This document shows positions 50,687 to 64,000 of a stretch of DNA of 64,000 nt, in pieces. Below the pieces are notes generated by a model. That model searched no databases and was not told where the DNA came from. It saw only the letters and a program-made list of their open reading frames with translations. The stretch is from contig NC_043002.1 in the NCBI RefSeq assembly GCF_006345805.1, positions 77,376,001-77,440,000 of the forward strand, read 5' to 3'. Both the position numbers and the translations under genes were made by a program. Source of the DNA: Octopus sinensis. Its lineage: Eukaryota. Positions within the stretch are counted from its first letter, which is position 1; each line of letters starts with the position of its first letter.

Positions 50687-52063
50687 TGCACACACACACA
50701 CACATGTGATTTTAATGGTAAGTGTTGAGATGGCTACAACATGGCACATCTACCATGGGTAGAGAAGATGCAGGTTTGAGCCTTCAATCTTTTTACCATT
50801 CAAAGTTTTTTAACCCCCAAATATTACATGCTGTTATTTATAACTATATCCACTTTGAGATTCACTATTAAAATTATTTATTTTATATGTTCTTGAAGCT
50901 TCTACATTTCCATAATGCAAATGTGCATGCACACACACACACATAGAATTTCATGTTTGCTTACACATTTGTACACTATTGAGCACAGATTTCGTATGTG
51001 AAATTCCAGCAAAAGAATATAAAACAAATTTTACCATAAAAAGATATATTATTGAAATAAAATAATAAAAAGAAAGAACATTTTTCCAATAAGGAACATA
51101 AATATATAGGTGGAAAATTATTGTAACAAATGCTTTTAAACACATACATTCCAGAATCGCTGAAGAAATGAGGAAGAAAACCTGAATCATCAATAAAAAC
51201 AAAAATAATGGAAATCAATGTGACAAAACAAAGAATATAAAATATAACATAAAATATATGGAGGATAAGGATTTAGAATCCCTTATGATAGAACTTAACT
51301 ATTGCCAAGCAATAATAGACTAACTGTGAAATTTAAGGTCAATAGAGATTTTCAGTAAATTAAATTTGGTGCTGTATTTTTTTAGCATTAAAAGGATTTA
51401 TTAGCAGTTTTAGCTATGAGCTGATTAACCCTTTCATTATATTTATGTTACAGTACACAGTCTTTGAGTAAATTTTGAAAATAAAGAAAAATCTATTAAA
51501 ACGACTGTCATTTATAAGCTGGTGTTTGGACATAAATCAAGATGAAATTTTGAAAGTAGGTTTTAATTAAGATCACTTTAAACAGGAAGTTTGTATCACA
51601 GAACCAACAGCGGTCTCAGAAGATATAGATTGGACTTTGCTATATCTTCAAATAGAATAGATAAAACTTAATTGAAGAGATGGCAGTTCCACAGATTACA
51701 CAGAAAATCTATATAGAAACACATTTGTTGAAATATAAAATTGTTACTGGATGTTGCATTGAGACTGGTACTCTCTGAGGGAGAGTGGGGAAGTGAGATG
51801 CAAACTGATGTGGCGCACCGGTTGTTGAATAAACATTAGTATTACCTTCCCCATAGCACCAATGCAAACTATGTAAGAGATCAAACACTGATATATCTGT
51901 AAAACAGAATATATAACAGTAAAATCCTGATATATGTTCTGAAATTTTCAAATCAGCTTTTTCAACAGCAACAATCATCATCATCATCGTTTAACACTTG
52001 CCTTCCATGCTAGCATGGGTGGGACCTGCCACATAAACACCAAGCTCAAATTTCAAATACACT

Positions 52064-52698
52064 TTAATTCTTAAGTATTCAGATTAGTCTGTCAAATGCA
52101 ATGCTTATTTATTCACATTGTTTGGAATTAACCATGTATAGGCGTAGGAGTGGCTGTGTGGTAAGTAGCTTGCTTACCAACCACATGGTTTCGGATTCAG
52201 TCCCATTGCATGGCACCTTGGGCAAGTGTCTTCTATAGCCTCAGGATGACCAAAGCCTTGTGAGTGGATTTGGCAGATGGAAACTGAAAGAAGCCCGTCG
52301 TATATATGTATATATATATGTGTGTGTGTGTATGTTTGTGATTGTCCCCCCAACATTGCTTAACAACCGATGCTGGTGTGTTTACGTCTCCATAACTTAG
52401 CGGTTCGGCAAAAGAAACCGCTAGAATAAGTACTAGGCTTACAAAGAATAAGTCCTGGGGTCGATTTGCTCGACTAAAGGTGGTGCTCCAGCATGGCCAC
52501 AGTCAAATGACTGAAACAAGTAAAAGAGTAAAAGAGAGTAAAGAGTATTATCTTGTACCTTTAGGATTCAATGATGTGATTGTTTATTTTTAGAATGACA
52601 TTAAAGGGTAGGTGTAAGAGGGTAGATATGATCAGTTAGAACATAAAACAGGTAAAATATTTGGGTCACATATGGCTGGTTTGAATGCTAAGGGATTA
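52064..52698. mobile_element. piggyBac-type MITE split by a family A SINE (52140-52545, +)
   Basis: MITE halves (ttcagattagtctgtcaaatg..ttaaccatgta | ttatcttgta..aatgctaagggattaa) are colinear with the intact MITE at 9291. Confidence 0.75.
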
Positions 52699-52701
52699 AA
52701 G

Positions 52702-53655
52702 CAGTGGCTTTCAACCATTTTTTTCCTATGGATCCCTTTGATTTCTGTTTTACTGTACAAGGCTGCTAGAGCCATATAATGTACAGGGTAGGGTAAAGAG
52801 AATGGATGCTTTTGAAATAGCTATTACTCAGCCCCAGTGGAAGAGGCATATGTCCGACAGGTACTATTCAATCCATGGTGTCTTAGCATTTTTTCTTTTC
52901 AGGTGAAGCCATGGCATTGTGGACTACAGTTACATGAAAAATAACAAGTCTGTCATAGCAGTTCAGCATGTGTTTCGGCACCACTTCAACATTCACTAAA
53001 ATCAGGCTGTTCCCACCCATAACACAATCTTACGTTGGGTGAATACACTTCATACATAAGGTACACTAATGAATAGGAGACCAGTGAGGGCACCTGGAAC
53101 AGTACAGACCCCAGAAAATGTGGAAAGCGTTAGACAAGCTTTGGTACAGAGTCTGAATTGCTCTGCTTGGAGGCATTCCACTGAACTTGGCATCAGTAAT
53201 TGATCGGTAAAGCATATTTTGCATGAAGACTTGCATTTCTACCCATGCAAATTGGTCACTGGGCAACAGTTGAATACATGGGGCTAGGCACAGAACAATG
53301 CTGGAGAGAGTGGAGGCCAACTTCCAAGAATGCCTTCAGAAATGCATCAATGAAAACAGATTCCACATTATGGGTGTTTTTTTCCACACCTGATTTTGAC
53401 AAATGCTAATTCAATATGAACATGTTGATGTCAATAAAATTTGTTTGCAACTAAAATTAATGGTTTTGTGAATTTTTCAAAAATGTCCATCCTCTTTGTC
53501 CCACTCTGTATATAAAAACATCCTACTGCATTTTTGCAATTAAATATTATTAGGAATTGTATCAAAAATAGTTAAAATATTTTCTGTATTGTAGAAGTAT
53601 AAACAATTGCACATAAATTTTAACAACAAAATATTATATGGACCCCAGAACTGTT
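52702..53655. mobile_element. hAT-like MITE host of a nested mariner
   Basis: CAGTGGCTTTCAACC left end; the right part (..aaattttaacaacaaaatattatatggacccc) matches 37312-37497 reversed. Confidence 0.6.
52784..53508 (+). mobile_element. Internally deleted Tc1/mariner element with TIRs and TA target duplication
   Basis: TA|CAGGGTAGGGTAAAGAGAATGGA...TCCATCCTCTTTGTCCCACTCTG|TA. Transposase N-terminus KSVIAVQHVFRHHFN..VPTHNTILRWV..TPENVESVR joined directly to C-terminal MLERVEANFQECLQKCI. Confidence 0.8.
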
Positions 53656-54904
53656 TTAAGCTTATCAGTGCTTTTTTTTTTCTGCTCTAGACACAAAACC
53701 TGAAATTTTGAAGGAGGTGGGAGTGGAAGCTAGTTGATTACATTGATTCCAGTACTTGACTGATACTTATTTTCTCAACCCCAAAAGGACGAAAGGCAAA
53801 GCCGGCCTTGATGAAATTTGAACTTAGAGCTTAAAGAGGGAATTGCCGCTAAGCAATTATCCAGCACAATAACAATTCTGTTGCCTTGCCACCAATGCTA
53901 TATTTTGGTCAGTGCTAACCCCGAGAGAAGAAGAATGACCTTGGCTTCCCATACGGGTTATTTTAGTTTTGTGCAAAACTAAAATCTGTAGTTTTGCTTA
54001 ATCATATCTGTTGTACATCTCGAATGTTCAAGAATGGTAATCCCTATCCTTGTGCAATACCAGATAATAGTTTCTTCCAACAACCTACTTACTCCATCCA
54101 CAACTAAATAACTTCAACCAGTTTCCAATCATGATTAAGAATCGATATCTTACTTAGAACATGACAAGGATAAGGATTAATCATTGTGAGGATTAATCAT
54201 CATGAGGATTAGTCCTTCTTAGACAAGGCATTTTGTCTGAAACCATAGTGGTTCTGCCAACCCAGTGGACTAGAGTATAAAATTAATGCTGACATTAATG
54301 TTTCCATTTCTGCGAAGAGCTAAAATAATTGCAATATATTTCATTGAATACTGAAGATTAGGGCTTCTTAGATCAATATAGATGATTAAATAGAAGAAAG
54401 CATTTGAGATGTTTGCATAAAAATGTATTCAGAAAGGAAGCTCGATATTAGAACATTAATTCAATGTAGGGTATTTCAAAGGTAAGATCTGCATCAATGT
54501 GATAACGATATCCAAAAGGTTTCAGGAACAAAAGTAACAAAAAAGTAAACGAGAGTACAATATTGTTTTTATGTCAGTTTTTTCAATGCTGAGTTACATG
54601 GATCTTTTTCTGTTTGGATGCATCAGTGGAAATTTTAAAATTTGGTGTATTGATGCAATTTTCCATGGTGACTCTCAGGGGCTGATTCACTCCCCACTCC
54701 CACAAGTTCTTTTTTAAAGTTACAGAGGTTTAAATTTTGATCATTTTTATCCAGTCAGAAAACAAGACTTGGAAGCTGCCATTTTGTGCATGACTGCATG
54801 TGTTGTCAACTGTAAGCAAATGAAATGTTGACAGAATTCTGCTTTATGCACACCATATAACCCCCTCATAACTATATTTTTTGGAACTTTCAGAAAATTT
54901 TTGG

Positions 54905-55250
54905 GAGCAGCTGTGTGGTAAGTAGCTTGCTTACCAACCACATGGTTCCAGGTTCAGTTCCACTGCATTGTACTTTGGGCAAGTGTCTTCTACTATAGCC
55001 TCGAGCCAACCAAAGCCTTGTGAGTGGATTTTGTAGACAGAAACTGAAAGAAGCTCATCGTATATACGTATATATGTATATATATGCGTGTGTGTGTTTG
55101 TATGTCTGTGTTTGTCCCCCCAACATCGCTTGACAACCAATGCTGGTTTGTTTACATCCCCGTAACTTAGCGGTTTGGCAAAAGAGACTGATAGAATAAG
55201 TACTAGGCTTACAAAGAATAAGTCCTGGGGGTGATTTGCTCGACTAAAGG
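54905..55250 (+). mobile_element. SINE family A
   Basis: Consensus match, tail truncated. Confidence 0.8.
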
Positions 55251-56074
55251 GGGTACATTATTGTGAGTAAATTCGACGACCCCTTGGAACTGAACCCAGA
55301 ACCATGTGATCAGAAAGCAAATTCCTTACCACACAGCAATGCCTGCACATATATTTACAACAATAATCTATAAATATTACTCAAACTACATATTACTGAA
55401 ATATCCATGACACAACCGAGTATTTGAGTATTAAGAATTACCTGTCAACATTCTAAATACAAAATAATATATATCAACAATGCGCAAAAATATATGTACG
55501 TTGTACTAAAAGAAAGGAAAGAAATGAATTATAAGATTAAGAAAATAATACCATGAAAATATGAAAACTTAATATTGCTGGAAATATATTTGAAAATTTA
55601 AACAATAAAATCATTTTGAATTATTAATATACTAAATCCAATTCTAGTTAGAAATAAATAATTTGAACATAATTTGAAATTGGAAACCCAGAACATTTCT
55701 GTATTGAACAAAATTTATTGCAGTTACCTTTAACTTTTTATAGAAAAACAAATCTTGATGTTAGCATTAACTTGATACAGTGGGTTAGTAGAATCTTTAC
55801 AGTATCAGGCAAAATGTCTAGTGGTATTTCTTCAGTCTCTTTTTATTTTCTAAATTTCAAGTCCCATTGGGGTCAGCTTTGTCTCTCATCCATCAAGAAT
55901 TAATACAATACAGTATCAGTCAAGGACTGGAGTTGGTTTAATAAATTTGGCCCTCGTTCCCAAATTTATGGCCTTGTGCCTATATTAGAAATAGTGTTAT
56001 GCACTACTTCTACAATAATTTTTCAACCAATATTCTCTACTTCTAAATTGCTAAAATTTCTAAATCCTCAAGAG

Positions 56075-56470
56075 AAGTGGCTGTGTGGTAAGTAGCTTGC
56101 TTACCAGCCACATGGTTCCAAGTTCAGTCCCACTACATGGCACCTTGGACAAGTATCTTCTACTATAGCCTTGGGCTAACCAAAGCCTTGTGCGTGGATC
56201 TGGTAGATGGAAACTGAAAGAAGCCCATCATATATGTGTGTGTGTGTGTGTGTGTATGCATGTGTGTGTGAGTCTGTGTTTGTCTCCCACACCATCACTT
56301 GACAATCGATGCTGGTGTGTTTTCATTCCCGTGGCTTAGTGGTTCGGCAAGAGAGACCGATACAATAAGTACTAGGTTTACAAAGAATAAGTCCTGGGGT
56401 CGATTTGCTCGACTAAAGGTGGTGCTCCAGCATGGCCACAGTCAAATGACCGAAACCAGTGAAAGAATGA
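56075..56470 (+). mobile_element. SINE family A
   Basis: Consensus match. Confidence 0.8.
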
Positions 56471-57223
56471 AAGAAAGAACAACAGAAATTCACAGCAGAA
56501 AGAAACAGAAAAGTTAAAACCTTTTCAGGATTGGGAGAGATCAGTGAGAGGGGAAACTCAGAATGATTACTCTGAGCTTCTGCTCTCGGTGACCACTAAT
56601 ACAGTCTCCACAGAAACAGAACAAACACAGACTTTGTCACACAGCAGTGGTCGTTTTTCTACTGAAAATAAGATTTTTTCTCTTGTTCATTCCCTCTCTC
56701 TCTCCCTCTTTCTTTCTTTCTTTCTCACTCATTATGTGTGTAAGTATCTAATTATGTTCATACATATGTGTAATGTCTCTCTCTCTCTCTCACTCTATCT
56801 GTATGTAAATATGTCTGCATATTCTTGTGTGTGCCTGCAGCACCAAAATCTACTATTGACAAAACAAGCTGAATGTCCAGTCAGCCATGCTAAATTATCA
56901 GTATCCAGACTGCACAACCCAATCATCTCATTCCAGAATTGCAGCCCCTTTTAACTTCTTATCCCTCACTTCCAATCATTAATTAGTAGGAGTTCAAATT
57001 GAATCTCAAACTACAGAAACATCCTCAGCTGGGTGGGCTTGCAAGGCCTCTGAACCCCAGCTCCTCTTCTGTATCTTTAGAGTGACTAATAAAAAAAAAA
57101 AAAAGAGAAAGGAAACCAAAATAAGAGTTAACATTGAGTAGTAAACATGATGCCTAAGTAGACAGTCATGTGTTTGGACCACGATTTTTATTTTTTATTA
57201 CTCAGTGTGTGTGTGTGTATGTG

Positions 57224-57281
<58 letters not shown>

Positions 57282-57285
<4 letters not shown>

Positions 57286-57615
57286 CGCAAGAGTGGCTGT
57301 GGTAAGTAGCTTGCTTACCAACCACATGGTTCCGGGTTTGGTAGACAGAAACTGAAAGAAGCTCGTATATATGTATCTATGTATATGTATGTGTACGTAT
57401 ATGTTTGTGTCTGTGTTTGTCCCCCACACCCAACATCGCTTGACAACTGATGCTGGTGTGTTTATGTCCCTGTAACTTTTCGGCAAAAAGAGACCGATAG
57501 AATAAGTACTAGACTTACAAAGAATAAGTTCTGGGGTTAATTTGTTCAACTAAAGGCGGTGCTCCAGTATGGCCACAGTCAAATGACTGAAACAAGTAAA
57601 AAGTAACAAGTAAAA
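57282..57615 (+). mobile_element. SINE family A with internal deletion of the CORE-like segment
   Basis: Head ..ggttccgggtt jumps directly to tggtagacagaaactg. Confidence 0.8.
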
Positions 57616-57799
57616 GTATACATGTATATATGTATATATATATATATATGTACTCAAAAGTAACTGGAAATGTTCTCTGTGGGACAAGCCCATAGTAATT
57701 CAGGCATCAGTTACTAGAATCCACTTGATGTAACCCTCAGGCATCAGCCTACCAACTGGCATTTTCCAGCCATGTTATACTGCCACATGGCACATCTTT

Positions 57800-57845
57800 G
57801 TTTATATATATATGTAAGTATATATATATATATTATATATATATA

Positions 57846-57883
<38 letters not shown>

Positions 57884-58044
57884 AGGCACAATGGCCTAGT
57901 GGTTAGGACAGCGGACTCGCATCGCAGGATCGCGGTTTCGATTCCCAGCGGGGTGGCATTATTCGAAGGCTAAAACAATGCGAACGCATTGTGACCAGAG
58001 ATGTGTAACAACATCTGATGGTCTGGTCGGTCACAGTGATCACA

Positions 58045-58094
<50 letters not shown>

Positions 58095-58194
58095 CCTCGT
58101 GGAGCTTTTAGGTGTTTTCGCTCAATAAACACTCACAACGCCTGGTCTGGGAATCGAAACCACGATCCTGCGACCGCGAGTCTGCTGACCTAAC

Positions 58195-58234
<40 letters not shown>

Positions 58235-58263
58235 TATATATATATACTTACATATATATAAAC
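57800..58263. repeat. Inverted duplication: (TA)n arms enclosing two opposed family E SINE heads
   Basis: gtttatatatatatgtaagtatat.. (57800) mirrors ..atatacttacatatatataaac (58263); SINE head + at 57882 and - ending about 58198. Confidence 0.8.
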
Positions 58264-58293
58264 TTGAAGTTCTTAATATAAATATGTGTGTGT

Positions 58294-58350
<57 letters not shown>

Positions 58351-58413
58351 TGAAGCTCTTAATATAAATATGTGTGTGTAGATATATATATATATATATA
58401 TATATATCTATAT

Positions 58414-58457
<44 letters not shown>

Positions 58458-58635
58458 CATGTGTGTGCATATAAGTATATATATATATTCCAACATAAAA
58501 ATGTTAACAACATTTTAGGTTTCCATAACAGAATCACTAAAAGAACTGCAGTTAAGAAACCATCAATATACATAAATTCATGTCATATATGCTTCACATA
58601 AAAAAAAACTCATGAAAATCAACATGTACAGAATC

Positions 58636-58674
<39 letters not shown>

Positions 58675-58681
58675 TATATAT

Positions 58682-58716
<35 letters not shown>

Positions 58717-58717
58717 A

Positions 58718-59560
<843 letters not shown>

Positions 59561-59562
59561 TA

Positions 59563-59607
<45 letters not shown>

Positions 59608-60199
59608 TACAACCAAAAGTATATGTGCATACGCAAACCTGCATATGCTGCATTGTATGAGACAGCACAGCATATGTATGTGCATGTGGAAATGCATATA
59701 TGTAGTGTGTATGTGCACTTGGAGTCAAATCTGAAGCTGCACCTTCACAAATGTACACAGCATGAATCATGTCTAAAAAAACAACAACAACAAAAAAAGA
59801 TGAGATAATATCAATGCCCATGTATAAAACCATGCATATTACTGGCTTGGTGCATTAAATAAATAACCACCATAAATACAAATGAATAACCCTCCCCTCA
59901 AAACATGTAGAAATCACTCAAATACACCCACTCAAATATATAAAAGGCTTATGAACAGATGTGTGTGAGTGTGTGTGTGTGTGTGAGCATGCCACATAAA
60001 AAGCACTGGTGCTGGTGCCACAGATAAAGCACCCAGGACACTCTGTAAAGTAGATTGCATTACAAAGGGCATCAAACAAAGTCAGAACAGACAATGGAAT
60101 CTAGTGCAGCCCCTGGTCTTGCCAGTACCTGTCAAGCCATCCAGTCCTTGTCAGCATGGAATGAACATTAAATGATGGTGGTAGTGGTGATATGATGAT

Positions 60200-60242
60200 A
60201 TGGAAATTATATATATCTATATATATACATATATATATATAT

Positions 60243-60274
<32 letters not shown>

Positions 60275-60308
60275 AAATATATATATATAGATATATATAA
60301 TATAACAT

Positions 60309-60370
<62 letters not shown>

Positions 60371-60515
60371 CATATATATATATATATACATACATATATA
60401 TATATTATATACTATATATATATATATATAGTAATATACATATATATATATATATACTATATATATATACATAATATATATATATATACATGTATATATA
60501 TATATATATATATAG

Positions 60516-60574
<59 letters not shown>

Positions 60575-60579
60575 TATAT

Positions 60580-60612
<33 letters not shown>

Positions 60613-60698
60613 ATATATATATATATATATATATCTATATATCTACATATATAATATATAGATATATATATATATAGATATATATATATATATATATA
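60200..60698. repeat. Compound (TA)n microsatellite of about 500 bp
   Basis: Directly visible. Confidence 0.95.
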
Positions 60699-61410
60699 CC
60701 TTTAGTTCTATTGTTAGTGATTTTCTACCATTCTATAAATTTGACCTTTGACTGTCTTCTTACATTTCACTTCCACTAAATATATCTACTTCTTAGAGCA
60801 TGAAAACCATTCCTAAAGCATGAAAACCACTCGTAAAGCTGCGTTTTACTCATGGAAGAATCCTTGTAAGCTGTTTGAAGCATGGCAACTCTTTCAGCTA
60901 CCGTTTTCCCCAGCAGAAATCAGAATTTCACAGAAGCACACTTGTTTCTTCATTTCAGCCATCACAAAAACAATGAACACACTAGAAGCACTACAAAACA
61001 AGAATGCACCACATGGCAGTATGACCTGACTGGACAATGCCAGTCAGCAGACTGATGCCTGAGGGTTGCATCAAGTGTGCTTCTAGCAGCAGAAGCCCGA
61101 ATTACAATGGGCTTGTCCCAGGGAGAACATTTCCAGTTACTTTTGAGTACATATATATATATATACATATACATACACATGCATATGGTAGTGGATTGTG
61201 AAATCACTTCCATATGAAACAAAATGGCTTATTAAGTTCCCAGTTCAAAAGCTACTTAGAAACTTCACCTTCTATTCTTTCAAGGTCAATAGGATGCTTT
61301 TGAAGGGGGTGGTCAAATATGCTACAGTCAAATGACTGGAACCAGTAAGGGAATAAATGAAAAAAACAGAAACATAAATATATATCCACACATGCATATA
61401 CATACATAAA

Positions 61411-61468
<58 letters not shown>

Positions 61469-61527
61469 TGAACCCTTAGACAAAATGATAACTTATGGGA
61501 CTTGCATCCACAGATACACACACACAT

Positions 61528-61727
<200 letters not shown>

Positions 61728-62744
61728 ATGCTTTTGACTATTTAATTATTAACAATGCTATAGCATTATCCACAGAAAACTATTATCTGAAGTATTTTCC
61801 AAACACACACCTAGAGAGGTGAGAATCTATATTTATATTGTTTTACCTATAGTTAACACTAATTTTATATAAACTCTTCTCCCTGTTGGCTTTACAGAGT
61901 TGTTCTCTATTTTCTCATCTTCTTCTATTATTGTAATATGTATTTACACTGTACATATCATTACGGCTTTGTGATTTTTGTTCGTATTGTGTAATGTTTT
62001 TCTTGTTTATTTGGAGTTTTTTTTATTTTTCCATATGATAATATAAACATACTAGTCTTCATTTTTCACTTGCAACAGATTTCCACTGGCTGCACACGTG
62101 AATATGGCTGTGTGCACGGGAAGGGGAGAGAAAGAGAGAACACAATAGTGAGGGGAAAAGATCTGATAATATAAACTTCACCTTGGAATTAAGAAAAAAA
62201 AAACACACACACACACACACACACGTTACACGTATGTAAATGCGTGTGGAGAGAAAAAGAAGGTGAAGTGTGTGTGTGTGTGGTGAAGGAAAATAACAGT
62301 TGCCCAAAATGAAACAGCTCAGAGAAAACAATTGCTTTATCTTTCATCACAAGCACATGCTGGCTTGTCAACAGCTCGTATTTAACTCTTTTACTGACTG
62401 ACTACCAGGAGGAGGCTTGTAAGCTAGCTATAAAATAGAACTAGAGAAATACAGTATAAGCAGTGTCAGCTATGAATCAAGTGCTGCTTATTATGATGAC
62501 TCAGCTATCTGATAATGTACTGTGACTAGCATTGGTTAAGACATACATGTATCACGAATGAAAGACAACCAAAATGCATTGTGAACTGCTTTGTGAATTT
62601 ATCATTGCTAAATGTGTCTCGGAGATTTTTAATCCTCTTAAATGGGTTACTTTCAATCAAAAGTAAATACCAATAAAGATGAGATGGCAAATGAACACAT
62701 TAAGGCTCTTGTTACCACTGTCACCTTTATGGACACTCTTTACT

Positions 62745-63445
62745 CTTTTACTTGTTTCAGTCATTTGACTGTTGCCATGCCGGAACACCGCCTTTAGCCG
62801 AGCAAATCGACTCCAGGACTTATTCTTTGTAAGCCTAGAACTTATTCTATCGGTCTCTTTGTCAAGCGATGTTGGAGGGACAAACACACACACACATATA
62901 CGACAGGCTTCTTTCAGTTTCCGTCTACCAAATCCACTCACAAGGCTTTGGTTGGCCCGAGGCTATAGTGGAAGACACTTGCCCAAGGTGCCACGCATGT
63001 GGTTGATAAGCAAGCTACTTACCACACAGCCACTCCTGTGCCTTTTTTTTTTCTTCACTTGTTACAGTCATTACACAGTGGCCAAGATGGAGCACTGCCT
63101 TGAAGAATTTTAGTCAAATGAATCAACCCCAGTACTGATTTATTTTAAGCCTAGTATTTATTTTATCATGCTATATTGCTGAACCGCTAAGTTACAGGGA
63201 TGTAAACACATCAACATTGGTTGTCAAGTGGTGACAGAGGACAAACAGACACACACATATATATATATATATATACACACACACAACGGGCTTCTTTCAG
63301 TTTCTATCTATCAAAGCCATTCACAAGGCTTTAGTCATCCAGATGTTATAGTAGAAGGCACTTATCCAAGGTGCCATGCAGTGGGACTGAACCCAGCACC
63401 ATGTGGCTGGGAAGCAAACTTCCAATCACACAGCCATGCCTATCT
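62745..63445 (-). mobile_element. Two adjacent family A SINEs (about 62745-63040 and 63050-63445)
   Basis: Reverse complement of the family A consensus twice. Confidence 0.8.
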
Positions 63446-63728
63446 ATCATAATTTCATTCAGGTCTAGAATGCATTACATAATTGTTAGTTGACCTCAGT
63501 ACTTGACTGGCATTTTATTTTATCAATCCTAGATGAACGAGAGGTAAAGTTAAGGGGGTTGATCTCAGAACTTAAGAGGTTGTAACTAAATGCTGCAAGG
63601 CATGTTGTTTGACCCTTTTAACCCTTTCATCACCATATCTCTGTTGAATAACACAGCTTTTGTTTGAATTAATTTTGAAAATAATGAAAAATTTAGAGAA
63701 ACAAACTTTGTCATTATTAAACTGGTGT

Positions 63729-63956
63729 TTAACCCTTTCGTTACCAACCCGGCTGAAACCGGCTCTGGTTCTGAGTACAAATGTCTTGTCTCCATAAGTT
63801 TTGAATTAAAATCTTCCACCAAACCATAGTCACATTTTATGTTCCTAAAACTAGCTTAATGATAACCAAGTTATTTTACTAAATTCTTTGTAATATTTTA
63901 AGTAATTGAAAGAAACACAGAGCATTTCAAAAGAAATACAGTAACGAAAGGTTTAA
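63729..63956. mobile_element. piggyBac-type MITE (second family), adjacent to or nested in a related element starting at 63619
   Basis: TTAA-CCCTTTCGTTAC ... GTAACGAAAGGT-TTAA. Confidence 0.8.
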
Positions 63957-64000
63957 AGGTGGCGAGATGGCAGAATCGTTAGCACGCCAAGCAAAATGCT
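63957..64000 (+). mobile_element. Head of a family B SINE running off the window
   Basis: aggtggcgagatggcagaatcgttagcacgcc matches 49612. Confidence 0.7.

Overview
AT-rich, microsatellite-dense animal genomic DNA. The SINE/RTE/MITE repertoire matches my recollection of Octopus (coleoid cephalopod) repeats; this is inference, not a database result. The only well-supported host coding sequence is a terminal exon at 3628-3815 (+) whose peptide resembles the C-terminus of GKAP/DLGAP (SAPAP) scaffold proteins. A few GT-AG micro-exon candidates are also visible. The rest is intergenic or intronic and made of decayed LINEs (two RTE families, L1/Tx1, CR1-like), several tRNA-derived SINE families, Tc1/mariner, piggyBac- and hAT-like MITEs, a Helentron-like element and long (TA)n/(GATA)n tracts. 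The most notable signal is three unrelated short elements (20.4-20.7 kb, 34.3-34.5 kb, 36.7-36.9 kb) that each carry a minimal type-I hammerhead ribozyme motif (CUGANGA..GAAA..UH) with a short palindromic stem III. Each sits in an inverted-repeat structure next to dinucleotide microsatellites, like ORF-less Penelope-type pLTR relics. The 34.3 kb + strand copy has an intact core. The 57.8-59.6 kb region has local inverted and tandem duplications that may be assembly artefacts. Most repeat boundaries are approximate (read by eye).
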